A DNA stretch of 64,000 nt from Candidatus Methanomethylophilaceae archaeon (GCA_050950505.1 JBMNHS010000001.1:864001-928000); one strand, 5' to 3'; positions 1-10,755 are shown, numbered from the stretch's first letter. A program made the numbers and translations. The notes: generated from the sequence alone by a model not told the origin.

Positions 1-611
1 AGGGGAATCAGATACAACAATTTTTGGAATATATCAGGCAATATGGAGACCGAGAAAAACGTTCCGCACAGGAATGTCATGGGGAGAATCACGAATGTAT
101 TGAAGACCGCCATGCTTTGATGGGTCTTCGCCAGCAATGCGGCCATTTCCCCCAACAGCGCGAAGGTCAAACAGGACAGCATGAGACAAGCGATGAACGG
201 CAATGAAAATATCAGCTTATCAGTCAGGAGCAACCCCAAGAGAAAAATCAACAGACAACTTATGAGACCTCTGATGAATCCGAGAATAGCCTTGCCGATT
301 ACTATCGAAGACGTTCGCAAAGGACAAATCATCATTTCATCAAAACTTCTGTAATACAGTCTTTGCACATTCAGACGGGTGGCGGTGGAAGAGAAAGAAG
401 CGTTCAAAGAAGAAAGTGCCACAATACCGGGTATTATGAATGCGATGTACGGAACTCCATCCATCTCAACACCTTGACCCATTCCGTATCCGAAGGCAAT
501 CAGATAAAGTACCGGACTGACAAGAGTCATGGCCATGATGCTGACGAAGTTATGTCTCATGAAACGCAAATCGCCCCATGCCACACTGTAAATCTCCTTG
601 AGTCTTCCCAT
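1..611 (-). CDS. ABC-2 type transporter permease (3' part runs off the window)
   Basis: ATG at 611 overlaps the stop of the ATPase gene (TGATG). Frame reads MGRLKEIYSVAWGDLRFMRH... with hydrophobic segments. Not in the ORF track because there is no stop in the window. Confidence 0.8.
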   Translation of the reverse strand, partial: MGRLKEIYSVAWGDLRFMRHNFVSIMAMTLVSPVLYLIAFGYGMGQGVEMDGVPYIAFIIPGIVALSSLNASFSSTATRLNVQRLYYRSFDEMMICPLRTSSIVIGKAILGFIRGLISCLLIFLLGLLLTDKLIFSLPFIACLMLSCLTFALLGEMAALLAKTHQSMAVFNTFVILPMTFLCGTFFSVSILPDIFQKLLYLIP

Positions 612-1480
612 CAGTTTTTCACCGTCCTTCCGGTAAGTTCGACGAAACAATCTTCCAGATTTGTTCTTCTGATCAGAATTTCTCCGTTGGTCATACTGTT
701 GCCGTATTCGGACGCGGAAGCCCGGTCGGGAAAATATTTGTAGACTGATTTACCGTCGGGATCGGTTGCCACGACGGTGAATTTACCTAAACTTTCCGAC
801 AGATCCGACGGAGTGCCGTCGGCGATTATTTTGCCGTTGTCTATTATGCCGACCCTGTCGCACAGAGCCTGAGCCTCTTCGATGTAGTGAGTCGTGAGAA
901 ATACGGTGGTGCCGTCTTTGTTCAGCAACCGTATGAGTTCCCAAAGCAAACGTCTGGCTTTAATGTCTAATCCGACAGTGGGTTCATCAAGGAATATGAT
1001 TTCCGGCGAGTGAATTATGGCACAAATTATGGAAACTCGTTTTTTCCATCCTCCGGACAAGGAGTCTATTTTGCTGTCGAGATATTCATCCAATGAGAAA
1101 TATTCGATAAGTTCCGCGATTCTTTCTTCTCTTTTATTTTTTGGAATTTGGTGCATCAACGCCCTGTGACGCATGTTTTCCATGACCGTCAAATCTTTGT
1201 CGAGGCTGATATGTTGCTGTATGACGCCTACGCTGACTTTTGCCTTCATAATGTTCTTTTTCAGATTGTGGCCGTTGATGATTACGGTCCCGCCGTCAAA
1301 GTCTGTCAATGTCGAGAGAATTCTTACTGCTGTCGTTTTTCCGGCTCCGTTAGGTCCGAGGAAGCCGTATATTTCCCCCCTCTTCACTTTCAGGTCGATG
1401 CCGTTCAATGCGACCTTCTGGTCGTATCTCTTCACAAGATTTTCAGCAATGATTATGTAATCTTCATCAGACATACCCAC
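611..1480 (-). CDS. ABC transporter ATP-binding protein (DrrA/NodI-like exporter)
   Basis: Walker A GPNGAGKT, signature LSGG, Walker B IIFLDEPT, H-loop TTHY. Confidence 0.9.
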   Translation of the reverse strand: MGMSDEDYIIIAENLVKRYDQKVALNGIDLKVKRGEIYGFLGPNGAGKTTAVRILSTLTDFDGGTVIINGHNLKKNIMKAKVSVGVIQQHISLDKDLTVMENMRHRALMHQIPKNKREERIAELIEYFSLDEYLDSKIDSLSGGWKKRVSIICAIIHSPEIIFLDEPTVGLDIKARRLLWELIRLLNKDGTTVFLTTHYIEEAQALCDRVGIIDNGKIIADGTPSDLSESLGKFTVVATDPDGKSVYKYFPDRASASEYGNSMTNGEILIRRTNLEDCFVELTGRTVKN

Positions 1481-1524
1481 AAACCCCGTGCAAATCTCTC
1501 GCCGTATGCGTTAAGTCATATACA

Positions 1525-1541
1525 TTGGATATATAATCCAT
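1525..1541. promoter_or_regulatory. Operator palindrome TTGGA-N7-TCCA(T), copy 1 of 6
   Basis: TTGGAtatataaTCCAT in the divergent intergenic region. Confidence 0.7.
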
Positions 1542-1602
1542 ATTGTGGCTGATCAATTTATGAATCTCCTATTCTGATGGAAATTCCATAACAATAAATA
1601 AA

Positions 1603-1619
1603 TTGGACTATATATCCAA
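1603..1619. promoter_or_regulatory. Operator palindrome TTGGA-N7-TCCAA, copy 2 of 6
   Basis: TTGGActatataTCCAA, 24 nt upstream of the ATG at 1644. Confidence 0.7.
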
Positions 1620-1643
1620 TCAAGTGGCGGAGGATTCTGCGGA

Positions 1644-2501
1644 ATGAAAATCATTATCGATAATATCGAATTCGGATACACGAGCACACCCGTTCTTAGG
1701 AACATAGAATTGGATCTCGGGGGAGCACAACTCGTTTCGATATTGGGTCCGAACGGAGTGGGAAAATCCACCCTGATTCACTGCATAAACAATATTCTGA
1801 CTCCTTCATCGGGTGTGGTTACCGTCAACGGTAAAGACATAACTTCGTTCAAGCTCAAAGAATTGGCCAAAATCATGGGATACGTTCCTTACTCTTCATC
1901 GGACAGATTCCCCCTCACGGTAGTCGATACCGTTTTGATGGGAAGGCATCCCCACAGCAACTGGAAGTCCACGGAAAAAGATTTGGATGTGGTTTATGAC
2001 ACCCTGGAATTGTTGGGGATAGAGGATTTGGCCATGAGACCGTTCAATGAACTGAGTGCGGGACAACACCAGAAAGTCATGCTGGCCAGGGGATTCGCCC
2101 AAGAACCTAAAGTTCTGCTTTTGGATGAACCGACCTCGAATCTTGACATCCGGCATCAGATGGAAGTGACCATGCTTCTGAAGGAAATGTCCGTAAGAAA
2201 AGGAATTCTGGTCATAATGATAAGTCATGACATCAATATAGCCTCCAAATTTTCGGATAAAATGATATTGATGAGCGAAGGGACCATCTATTCCGTGGGA
2301 ACTCCGGGGGAAGTCATCACCGAAGACAACATACGCAGTGTTTACGGTGTCAATTCAAAAATCATAGATGACGAAGGAACACCTCACGTGATACTGCAAA
2401 ATCCCATAGGGGGATACAGGACCGAGTCCGCGGGAAGCGCAATCGAAAGCACTGTTTTGGACGTCCGTTCGGACAGTGGCGTGCCCGTCACCGGTCGGTG
2501 A
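1644..2501 (+). CDS. Iron-siderophore/cobalamin ABC importer ATPase (FepC/BtuD-like)
   Basis: GPNGVGKST, LSAGQHQKV, LLLDEPTSNLD, ISHDINIA and the family-typical TVxDTVLMGRHPH. Confidence 0.9.
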   Translation: MKIIIDNIEFGYTSTPVLRNIELDLGGAQLVSILGPNGVGKSTLIHCINNILTPSSGVVTVNGKDITSFKLKELAKIMGYVPYSSSDRFPLTVVDTVLMGRHPHSNWKSTEKDLDVVYDTLELLGIEDLAMRPFNELSAGQHQKVMLARGFAQEPKVLLLDEPTSNLDIRHQMEVTMLLKEMSVRKGILVIMISHDINIASKFSDKMILMSEGTIYSVGTPGEVITEDNIRSVYGVNSKIIDDEGTPHVILQNPIGGYRTESAGSAIESTVLDVRSDSGVPVTGR

Positions 2502-5500
2502 CTTCCTCTATTCTCTCTTCGGTCTGCATGAATAATTCGGCTACGCGTCTCTTTTCATCTTCGGTCGCGTTCCAAAGACCTCTGTTTATGGCTTCCTGAA
2601 GACGTTCCAGTATACTCATCATGGCGAAAGGATTCTCATCCTTCATCCATTCCCGGGTATCCGTGTCTTCCAAAAATTTCTCCAATATGCCTCTGTACAT
2701 CCAGTCATCGCCGGCATCGGATGTGGCATCCCAACCGATCAGATATTCAGTGAGATTGGCAATTTCTGATACGCCTCTGTATCCGTGTTGTTTCAAACCA
2801 TCGAGATATTTGGGGTTGAAAACTTTGCTTCTGAATACGAAGCTCAATTCCTCTTCGGTGTGTCTTATTTTCGTATTTTCGGGATTGGAACCATCCCCGA
2901 TGACGGACATGGCGTCTTTGTTCCCGTAACTTTTTACGAATGCGTTCAGACCTCCGAGGTATCCGTAAACATCGTCAATGTCAATTACATCAAATTCCCG
3001 GTCGGGCATGTTTTTCACGGTTATCTCCGCACTGCCGAATCTTTGTATGAACTGATTTTTCATGGGCACACCCCGAAATTTGCGCCCGTAACCGTAACTT
3101 CCCCAGGCAACATATATGTCGGCCAGATCCTGAGCGGTTTCCCAATTTCCGGATTCAATGGCGTGATTTATTCCGGGTCCGTACATACCGGGCGCGCTCC
3201 CGAACACCCTTACAGAAGATTCCGCTCTGGCATCCTCCGCAGACATCCCCCTTTCTATTTTGTTCAGGATATCCTTTCTGAGATTGGCGGAAAGATAATT
3301 TTCCTCGTCGGTCTCGTCCAGTTCCGAAACAAGGTTGACGGCATCGTCTATCATGTCTATGAGATTGGGGAAAGTGTCCCTGAACAAACCTGTGATTCTT
3401 ACGGTAACGTCTATTCTCGGTCTTTTCAATTCACTGAGAGGGATTATTCCCAAATCGATTATTTGGCCTCCCGTGCGGGACCATACGGGTCTGACTCCCA
3501 TGAGCCAGAGTATGTATGCCATGTCATCCCCCCCGGTTTTCATTATATCGGTTGCCCATATTATGAAGGCGACGTCACGGGGATACGTTCCCTTTTCATT
3601 GACGTATTTTTCAATCATCTGATCTGCCATCCCGCATCCTACTTTCCATGACGCCCGGCTGGGGATGGCCCCGGGGTCGGTGCCGTAATAATTTCTTCCT
3701 GTCGGAAGTATGTCGGCGTTGCCCCGGGTCGGAGCCCCGGAAGGTCCGGGAAGGACAAAATTACCGGCCAGGGCATCCATGGTGAATTTTATTTCATCTG
3801 AAGTCTTTATCAAATTCGGAACCAACGTGTTGCACAGATATACCAGGGATTTCTCGAAATCTTCGGAAAGTTTTCCGTACGATTTTTCGGTTGCAGAAAG
3901 GCATTTTTCCAAATCGTATTCCAAATTTCTGAATTCGATGAGAAGTTTTCCGAATTCCATTTCTGCGTATTCGGCAAGTTCGCTGTTGAGTCTGCCTCCG
4001 GAGCCGAGGACGGAAGGATTCTTCAAACATTCCAATATATCGATTCCCAGCAGTGATGTGAAAGAATTTCTGAGGGACCGTATGTCTCCGTTGTCCATGC
4101 GAGTCAGGGAATACACCGCATCGTCCATACGTTCGTTTTCGGGTGCTTTTCCAAGTATATGCAATCCGTTTCTGATGATTGCGTCTTTCATGTCTGAAAT
4201 GTAATCGTGAAGTTTCGGCATATGGGTTTCAAAATCTTCGGCGTCGGTGTCGGTCAGCCCCAGATCCCCGAGCATATCGGCTTCTTTCACGGCTTCATAC
4301 ACGCTTTCCACCAGAGCGGTCTTTCGGTCTCCCTTAACGGTTCCTGACATTTTGAGATATTCTTGCAAAGGAACTTCTACGGAATCCAGATCGTCGTAAC
4401 CTCCGGCCCTGCCCAATATGGGGTTCATATGTCCGATAAGAACGGCCTCGGACCTTCTTTTTGCCTGTATACCCTCACCGGGGTCGTCGATTATGTAAGG
4501 ATATATATTGGGAAGCCCGTCCAACACCACATCCGGAAAACATTTTCCGGAGAGGCCCACATTCTTTCCGGGCAACCATTCCAATGTGCCGTGTGTGCCC
4601 ACATGTATAACGGCATTGGCTCCAAAATCATTCTGAATCCATCGGTAATATTCCAGATACTGATGGGGTATGGCGGCATGGGGATCGTGGTACAGGGATT
4701 CCATTTGTTCTGAGAGCCCCCTCATCGGTTGATATCCGATGAAGACGTTTCCCTTCAGAATGCCGGGAATGACAAATCGCCCTCCGTCCACGGATATTTC
4801 ACCCGGCGGCGGCCCCCAGCTCTTTTCCATCAAAATACGGTTGAATTCAGGAATCTTGTCATAATGGATAAGGTACTCTTTGTTGTTCACAAGAGCAATG
4901 GCTCTCTCTTCGACATCGCGCGTCGAAGTCCAGGAAATATCGTTGGTCACGCCGTCCAAAAATTCTTGAAGAAGACCTTTGCTGTTTTCGGGGAGAACGC
5001 CGACGTTGTATCCTTCATCTTCCATACTTTTCAAAAGACGGTACACACTTTCTATGGAATCCAGACCTGATGCGTTGCCTACGCGACCGGAGTCTTCGCG
5101 GGACTGCCACAGTAAAATGGCAACCTTTTTTTCTTTGGCGGGGGTATGGCGCAATTTGGCCCAATTCCTTGCCAATTTTACAAGGTGTTCTATTCGATCT
5201 GGTATGGGAAGCGCCCGTTTGGCCGTCATTAGGCCCTTGCCTACGGAACTAACGGGGACCGTGATGATTTGACCGTCGATTTCGGGATATGCAACCTGAT
5301 TTTTTATTTCATTTTTGTTCAACCCTTCCGACGAGGCCTCATAATCAAAATACCCTCCGCTGGCGGTCATTGCCTGGAAAACCGGGACGTTTGTCACGGC
5401 TTTGAAGAAATTGTCTTCGTCCTTTGTTTTCATGCCTTCGTCGGGCTCTCTGGAATTGAACAATTGTGAGAACGGAGAGTTCAGTATGATGGCGTCAACC

Positions 5501-6234
5501 AAGCATTCCCCGTTCCTGAAAAAATATTTTTTTACAAAATCAACGGTTTTCGTTGTACCCGCGCTGCTGCTCGTGACGGCAAAGAAAAAAGGTATGGCGT
5601 TCATTTTTTGTTTTTCGATTTCTCTGATTAAAGCATTTATGTGTTCCAAATTGTCATATATCCACAAGTTGGAAGTGAACATGATGCCAATTGCCGGTTT
5701 GGACAGGTCCAATTCCGAAATATAATCTTCAAAGGTAATGCCTCGTGGAAAATCCGGGTGGTATATTCCGTCGGTCGGCTGTTCAGCAATGTCGGGAAGA
5801 GGAAAGTCGGTTCCGTGCAGTATGTTGTGCAACCAGACAACGGGACCCTTTTCGTTTTCAAATCCTCTGGCGGCAAGATATCTGACCACGGTTTTGTATG
5901 ATTCGTCATCCCCCTTGAACAGATTCCGGTATATCATCGTGACATCGGAATTCCCGCTGATAAGCAATACATAAGCGGAACACTCCCTCAGAACTTTCTC
6001 GTATCTTTCAAATTTTTTGAACCTGTTCGGGTCGGACATGCACCTCACCAGTACCAAATCCGCGTCATTCGTATTTTTCACGAGTTCGTTGTACAGAAGG
6101 ACATCCTCATCCGCATCGTATTCGTTGTAACAGTGCAGTTCCAGTGAAAAACCGAATTCCGAAGCGACGGCTTCCGCAGGTTCGATCATTGTTTTTGAAT
6201 CCGTTGTCTGAATGGAAAGATTGACGATTTTCAT
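2488..6234 (-). CDS. cobN: Cobaltochelatase CobN / Mg-chelatase H family subunit
   Basis: Motifs HVGTHGTLEWLPGK, PGEGIQAKRR, GPSGAPTRG, LPTGRNYY, RPRIDVTVRITGLFRD. Start moved to ATG 6234 (MKIVNLS) because the longer ORF overlaps chlI and the divergent promoter. Confidence 0.92.
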   Translation of the reverse strand: MKIVNLSIQTTDSKTMIEPAEAVASEFGFSLELHCYNEYDADEDVLLYNELVKNTNDADLVLVRCMSDPNRFKKFERYEKVLRECSAYVLLISGNSDVTMIYRNLFKGDDESYKTVVRYLAARGFENEKGPVVWLHNILHGTDFPLPDIAEQPTDGIYHPDFPRGITFEDYISELDLSKPAIGIMFTSNLWIYDNLEHINALIREIEKQKMNAIPFFFAVTSSSAGTTKTVDFVKKYFFRNGECLVDAIILNSPFSQLFNSREPDEGMKTKDEDNFFKAVTNVPVFQAMTASGGYFDYEASSEGLNKNEIKNQVAYPEIDGQIITVPVSSVGKGLMTAKRALPIPDRIEHLVKLARNWAKLRHTPAKEKKVAILLWQSREDSGRVGNASGLDSIESVYRLLKSMEDEGYNVGVLPENSKGLLQEFLDGVTNDISWTSTRDVEERAIALVNNKEYLIHYDKIPEFNRILMEKSWGPPPGEISVDGGRFVIPGILKGNVFIGYQPMRGLSEQMESLYHDPHAAIPHQYLEYYRWIQNDFGANAVIHVGTHGTLEWLPGKNVGLSGKCFPDVVLDGLPNIYPYIIDDPGEGIQAKRRSEAVLIGHMNPILGRAGGYDDLDSVEVPLQEYLKMSGTVKGDRKTALVESVYEAVKEADMLGDLGLTDTDAEDFETHMPKLHDYISDMKDAIIRNGLHILGKAPENERMDDAVYSLTRMDNGDIRSLRNSFTSLLGIDILECLKNPSVLGSGGRLNSELAEYAEMEFGKLLIEFRNLEYDLEKCLSATEKSYGKLSEDFEKSLVYLCNTLVPNLIKTSDEIKFTMDALAGNFVLPGPSGAPTRGNADILPTGRNYYGTDPGAIPSRASWKVGCGMADQMIEKYVNEKGTYPRDVAFIIWATDIMKTGGDDMAYILWLMGVRPVWSRTGGQIIDLGIIPLSELKRPRIDVTVRITGLFRDTFPNLIDMIDDAVNLVSELDETDEENYLSANLRKDILNKIERGMSAEDARAESSVRVFGSAPGMYGPGINHAIESGNWETAQDLADIYVAWGSYGYGRKFRGVPMKNQFIQRFGSAEITVKNMPDREFDVIDIDDVYGYLGGLNAFVKSYGNKDAMSVIGDGSNPENTKIRHTEEELSFVFRSKVFNPKYLDGLKQHGYRGVSEIANLTEYLIGWDATSDAGDDWMYRGILEKFLEDTDTREWMKDENPFAMMSILERLQEAINRGLWNATEDEKRRVAELFMQTEERIEEVTDR

Positions 6235-6248
6235 AGTCCCGACTCTGA

Positions 6249-6265
6249 TTGGATAATACATCCTA
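6249..6265. promoter_or_regulatory. Operator palindrome, copy 3 of 6
   Basis: TTGGAtaatacaTCCTA just upstream of the cobN start. Confidence 0.6.
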
Positions 6266-6385
6266 TTCCGATATATAGTATCCTTTTTCTGAATTTGAAC
6301 GGAAATTTCGGAAGATATCAAACAAGTTCGGACACACCTTTCGGCGAACCGGCAAGAATCGGGAAAGAACCGTGAAAGACAATAG

Positions 6386-6402
6386 ATGGATATATAATCC
6401 AA
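6386..6402. promoter_or_regulatory. Operator palindrome, copy 4 of 6
   Basis: ATGGAtatataaTCCAA upstream of chlI. Confidence 0.7.
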
Positions 6403-6427
6403 TATATGTTCTCCGTTTTGATTGGAA

Positions 6428-7456
6428 ATGACGGTCAAACAATATTTTCCCTTTGCGGCCATCGTGGGACAGGAAGAGATGAAACGGGCATTGCTTCTCA
6501 ATTTGGTCGACCCCGGCATAGGCGGAGTTCTCATCAAAGGGGAGAAAGGTACGGCAAAGTCCACCGCAGTACGTTCCCTCAGTCAGATTATGTCTGAAAA
6601 AACAGTTGTGGAGGGATGTCCTTTCGAATGCGGATACGACGGGGACCGGGGATATTGCCCTTATTGCGAAGAACGGTTGTCTGACGGTGAGGTGCTCAAC
6701 CCCGTATATGTAAAAACCAGAGTCGTCGAATTGCCGCTGAATGCCACCGAAGACCGCGTGGCAGGCACACTGGATGTGGAGCATATTCTGAAAATCGGTG
6801 AAAAGAAATTTGAACCGGGAATATTGGCGGACGCAAACGGCAATGTATTGTATGTGGACGAAGCAAACCTACTGGATGATCATATTGTGGATATGTTGCT
6901 GGACTCGGCAGCCATGGGCGTCAACTATATTGAAAGAGAAGGTGTGTCGTTTACCCATCCCGCAAGGTTTGTGCTGATAGGAACCATGAATCCGGAAGAG
7001 GGGGACATCAGACCTCAGCTGATGGACAGATTCGGCCTTTCCGTGGATGTCAGAGGCGAAAAAGACACGGAATCCAGGAAGGAAGTAATCAGACGCGGAA
7101 TAATGTTCCACGAAAATCCTGAAAAATACATCGAACTCTTTGCGGAAGACACAACGGAATTGAAAAATAAGATATCGGATGCCCGCAAACTCAGAACTTC
7201 GGTTACTTACAACGATGACGTTCTCGATGCTATCGTTTCGGTCACGACCCATTTCGGTGTCGACGGTCACAGGGCGGATATAACGCTATTGAAGGCGGCG
7301 ATTGCCAATGCGGCCTTGGAAGGCAGAAACAAAATCACGAAAGAAGACATATCGGTTACCGCACCCCTGGTCATTTCACATCGCATGCGCAGAAGACCTT
7401 TTGAAGAAACATCCTTCGACAAAGAGGAGCTCGAAGAATGCCTGAAGGCATTTTAA
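6428..7456 (+). CDS. chlI: Chelatase AAA+ subunit ChlI/BchI
   Basis: FPFAAIVGQEEMK, GEKGTAKST, LPLNATEDRVAG, LYVDEANLL, GTMNPEEG, VDGHRAD. Confidence 0.92.
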   Translation: MTVKQYFPFAAIVGQEEMKRALLLNLVDPGIGGVLIKGEKGTAKSTAVRSLSQIMSEKTVVEGCPFECGYDGDRGYCPYCEERLSDGEVLNPVYVKTRVVELPLNATEDRVAGTLDVEHILKIGEKKFEPGILADANGNVLYVDEANLLDDHIVDMLLDSAAMGVNYIEREGVSFTHPARFVLIGTMNPEEGDIRPQLMDRFGLSVDVRGEKDTESRKEVIRRGIMFHENPEKYIELFAEDTTELKNKISDARKLRTSVTYNDDVLDAIVSVTTHFGVDGHRADITLLKAAIANAALEGRNKITKEDISVTAPLVISHRMRRRPFEETSFDKEELEECLKAF

Positions 7457-9327
7457 AATTCCCCCTTTCGGCAGTTTACAAAGCCGACGAAGCAAAAAAA
7501 GCAGTGTCATGCGCCGCAATCGATCCCGGAATCAAAACTATATTGATCCGAGGTCCACCCGGAACTGCCAAGTCAGTCATTGCTAAATCTTCGGGAGACG
7601 TATTGGGAAAGAACGTCGTGAACATACCGTCAAACACCTCCGAGGGGGATTTGTTCGGCGGTGTCGATATGGAATCTTCCATCAAAGAAGGCAGAATTGT
7701 GCCGCTTGAGGGTCTATTGGCTTCCGCCCACAGAAATGTGGCGGTTGTAGACGATGCGAATCTGATGGATAGGAAAACGTTGTATCAGCTTCTTGATTCG
7801 GTTATTCTCGGAAGGGTGGAAGCGGAGAGGGAAGGAGTATCCGTATCGTATCCCTGCGATACGGTTCTGATAGCAACTGCATGTTTGGAAGAGTCCGACA
7901 TGCCCCTTCATTTACTGGATCGTTTCGACATATGCGTTCATACGAAATCCATGGAAGATAAAAATGTGAAAACCGAAATTCTGAGGAGGATGAACGGTTT
8001 TTCAAACAATACAAAGGAGTTCATCAAGGAATGGGACGGAGAAAAGGAATCCAATCTGTCAAAAATATCCAATGCCGTGAAAATATTGCCTCTGATTACC
8101 GTCTCGGATGAATTTCTGACCATTATGGTTGAACTGTGTGAAAGGATGGGCGTCGACGGCCACCGGGGAGATTTGGCCCTTTTCAGAGTTTCCCGGGCTT
8201 TGGCGGCTCTGGCGGGAAGGGACGAAGTCATCACCGAAGATGTGGAAGCGGCCGCAATAATGTGTCTAGCCCACAGAAGACGGATTTATCCACCGGATCC
8301 GGAAGAACCGGAAGTTCCCGGGGAATCCCAGCAGGACGAAAAACCGGAGAATCCTGATAATCCTGAAAAGCCTAACGAACCCGAAGATAAAGAACCGAAT
8401 GACTCCGAAAACGAAGAAAGCGAACATGATGACAAGGAGGAAACAACGCCCCCATCCCCGGCACCGAATTTTGACGATATGATGTTCAACATAGGGGAGC
8501 AGTTCCGCGTGATAGATTTTCTTACCGGCGTACCGGAAAAAATTGAACGGTCCAATGCGGACAAAGGCAAAAGAAAACGGGCGGTCAGTACCGACGGTTC
8601 GGGAAAATATTCCAACTACGAAGTTCCAAAGGGCCGTTTGACAGATTTGGCTCTGGATGCCACAATACGTTCGGCGGCGCCTTACCAGAAGTACCGGGAT
8701 CCCGGAAAACTCGCCATCGCAATAGAGAAACAGGATCTGAGGCAAAAAGTACGGGAAAAACGAACTGGGGCCACAATAATGTTCGTAGTGGATGCCAGTG
8801 GATCCCTGGGTGTCAGAAGGAGAATGGAAACGGTCAAAGGTGCGGTTCTTTCGATGTTGAAAGACAGTTATGTCAAAAGAGACAAAATAGGCATGATGGC
8901 CTTCAGAAGAACGTCTGCGGAATTAATACTGCATCCGACTCATTCGGCGGAATATGGGTATAAAAAATTAAAAGATCTGCCCACAGGCGGTAAGACGCCC
9001 TTGTCCGATGGAATAGGTTCGGCAGCAAAATTCATGTCATCTTACTCCCGCTCGCACACGGGTGAAAAATGTTATATCGTTTTGATAACGGACGGCAGAG
9101 CAAATGTTCCCTTGAAAGAGGGGGCTGATGCAAACGAAGAAGTTTTGGAAATAGCCGAAAAAGCGATTATTCCCGGATTGAAGTGGATCGTCATCGATGC
9201 ATCCGCAGGTTATGTGAAATTTGATAATGCCGAAAAACTTGCCGAAAAGCTGCAGGCAGCATATTTCAGTATAGACAATCTCAATGCCGATAAATTGGCC
9301 GGCAGCGTAAGAATGGTCGTCGATTGA
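7438..9327 (+). CDS. chlD: Chelatase subunit ChlD/BchD (AAA+, Pro/acidic linker, vWA)
   Basis: N-terminal ChlI-like domain, P/E/D-rich linker, vWA MIDAS VVDASGS, LPTGGKTPL, LITDGRAN. Confidence 0.9.
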   Translation: MPEGILKFPLSAVYKADEAKKAVSCAAIDPGIKTILIRGPPGTAKSVIAKSSGDVLGKNVVNIPSNTSEGDLFGGVDMESSIKEGRIVPLEGLLASAHRNVAVVDDANLMDRKTLYQLLDSVILGRVEAEREGVSVSYPCDTVLIATACLEESDMPLHLLDRFDICVHTKSMEDKNVKTEILRRMNGFSNNTKEFIKEWDGEKESNLSKISNAVKILPLITVSDEFLTIMVELCERMGVDGHRGDLALFRVSRALAALAGRDEVITEDVEAAAIMCLAHRRRIYPPDPEEPEVPGESQQDEKPENPDNPEKPNEPEDKEPNDSENEESEHDDKEETTPPSPAPNFDDMMFNIGEQFRVIDFLTGVPEKIERSNADKGKRKRAVSTDGSGKYSNYEVPKGRLTDLALDATIRSAAPYQKYRDPGKLAIAIEKQDLRQKVREKRTGATIMFVVDASGSLGVRRRMETVKGAVLSMLKDSYVKRDKIGMMAFRRTSAELILHPTHSAEYGYKKLKDLPTGGKTPLSDGIGSAAKFMSSYSRSHTGEKCYIVLITDGRANVPLKEGADANEEVLEIAEKAIIPGLKWIVIDASAGYVKFDNAEKLAEKLQAAYFSIDNLNADKLAGSVRMVVD

Positions 9328-9409
9328 ATACTCAATCCGAATGGCTTTCACAGATTTTATTTAGAATAAATAATAAAAAGTAAGAAGTTTTCAGATTCCG
9401 AACGGTGAA

Positions 9410-10744
9410 TCAGGACGCCTTGGCCGTGTCGTAATCCGCCTTGGTTATGGTGGTGGTCATATCCAATTTTACATCAAAGCTTCCGTCGGGACCGGTTCCT
9501 TCAAGGTAACCGAGGAATGCATCCACATATTCCTGGAATATTTTATCGCCGAATCCTTCTTCGAACAATTCAGGATAGAATATCTCGGCACAGTATGCGA
9601 CTCTGCAGGGGACAGGCATACTGGCATTGATGAATACCATGTTTCCGTCAATGTATGCTTTGCCTGCGTGCAAATAACTGTTATTTGCATTTTCCCAGGT
9701 TTCTACAACATCATCGACAATATAGTCTCTGGTTCTGAAACTTATCATCCATTCGGCGGCATCGAACATTGTGATTGCATCTTCAGTTTCCAATTTTGAG
9801 GATGTGTCACCGGGGAAAATGGTTAAGTTGTTTCCTCCGGCAGCCTCAGTAACCTGCGTGTAAGCGGAATCAATTTCGGTTATGTAACGCCACATGGTCA
9901 ATGAAATGCATTTAACCTTTTCATCATCGGAAAGATCCTTCAGCTTGTTATCAATCATATCATACAGCGCATGAGTTTTTTCGTAGTAATCTCTGGCCTG
10001 TTCTTCCACTTCGGTACCGAGCAATACGCCTATGGTGAGACAAGCATTGACCTGATCTATGGGGGCTGAGCACTTGATTCTCAGAACGGGTATGCCTGCG
10101 GCATTAATATCATCGATTTTATCGGAAACGGCGGCATCCGTCATTGCAAATATTGCGCCGATACCGCCCTCCTCATGCAGGTCTGCATCCAGCGCGATAA
10201 GGCCACTGTAGTTGGCATTATTTATTTCCCTTGTACCCGCAAGTTTTGTAGCGCCCGCATCGACAACAACCTGCTGTTCCACGGCGTAATTGCTTGCAAC
10301 AAATCCTGCAATACTGTTTTCACCGCCGATCAGTATGAACATGGACAGCATATCCGCATTGACGGTAACCACATTTTTCAAAGGATACTGTACTTCAATG
10401 ACAGACTCGTTCTGATCGATCACAAAAGCTTTGGTGGGCTCACCGTCGATAATATTTTGAACGATTTTCCTATCGGCCGCAGTGACCTTTCCGTCATTGT
10501 TCGCATCGGCGAATTCATAATCGGACAGTTCCTTTTTACCGTCGATTATGTCATTGATTATATCTATGTCATCTTGGTCTATACGATCGTCCTCGTTGGC
10601 ATTACCCAGTATGGGCAAAGACGTGTGAGGTACGTAATCTCCGGAACCGCCGCTTCCTTTGTAAAGGAACACCCCGGCACCGATGACCGTAGCGGCTATG
10701 ACAAGGATAGCCGCAATGATCAGAGTCATATTTTTATTGTTCAT
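9410..10744 (-). CDS. ABC substrate-binding protein (Fe/B12-type) with N-terminal anchor and dockerin-like domain
   Basis: N-terminal TM helix, two EF-hand-like repeats (GNANEDDRIDQDD; DANNDGKVTAAD), then a binding-protein domain ending AEIFYPELF. Divergent from the FecCD permeases. Confidence 0.8.
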   Translation of the reverse strand: MNNKNMTLIIAAILVIAATVIGAGVFLYKGSGGSGDYVPHTSLPILGNANEDDRIDQDDIDIINDIIDGKKELSDYEFADANNDGKVTAADRKIVQNIIDGEPTKAFVIDQNESVIEVQYPLKNVVTVNADMLSMFILIGGENSIAGFVASNYAVEQQVVVDAGATKLAGTREINNANYSGLIALDADLHEEGGIGAIFAMTDAAVSDKIDDINAAGIPVLRIKCSAPIDQVNACLTIGVLLGTEVEEQARDYYEKTHALYDMIDNKLKDLSDDEKVKCISLTMWRYITEIDSAYTQVTEAAGGNNLTIFPGDTSSKLETEDAITMFDAAEWMISFRTRDYIVDDVVETWENANNSYLHAGKAYIDGNMVFINASMPVPCRVAYCAEIFYPELFEEGFGDKIFQEYVDAFLGYLEGTGPDGSFDVKLDMTTTITKADYDTAKAS

Positions 10745-10755
10745 ATTACACCTAC

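Noticed and set aside
6235-6564. 110-aa N-terminal extension of CobN in the ORF track
   Set aside because: Overlaps chlI on the other strand and the operator-bearing promoter region; the likely start is 6234.
8290-8470. Low-complexity P/E/D/N repeats in chlD
   Set aside because: Normal acidic/proline linker of ChlD proteins.
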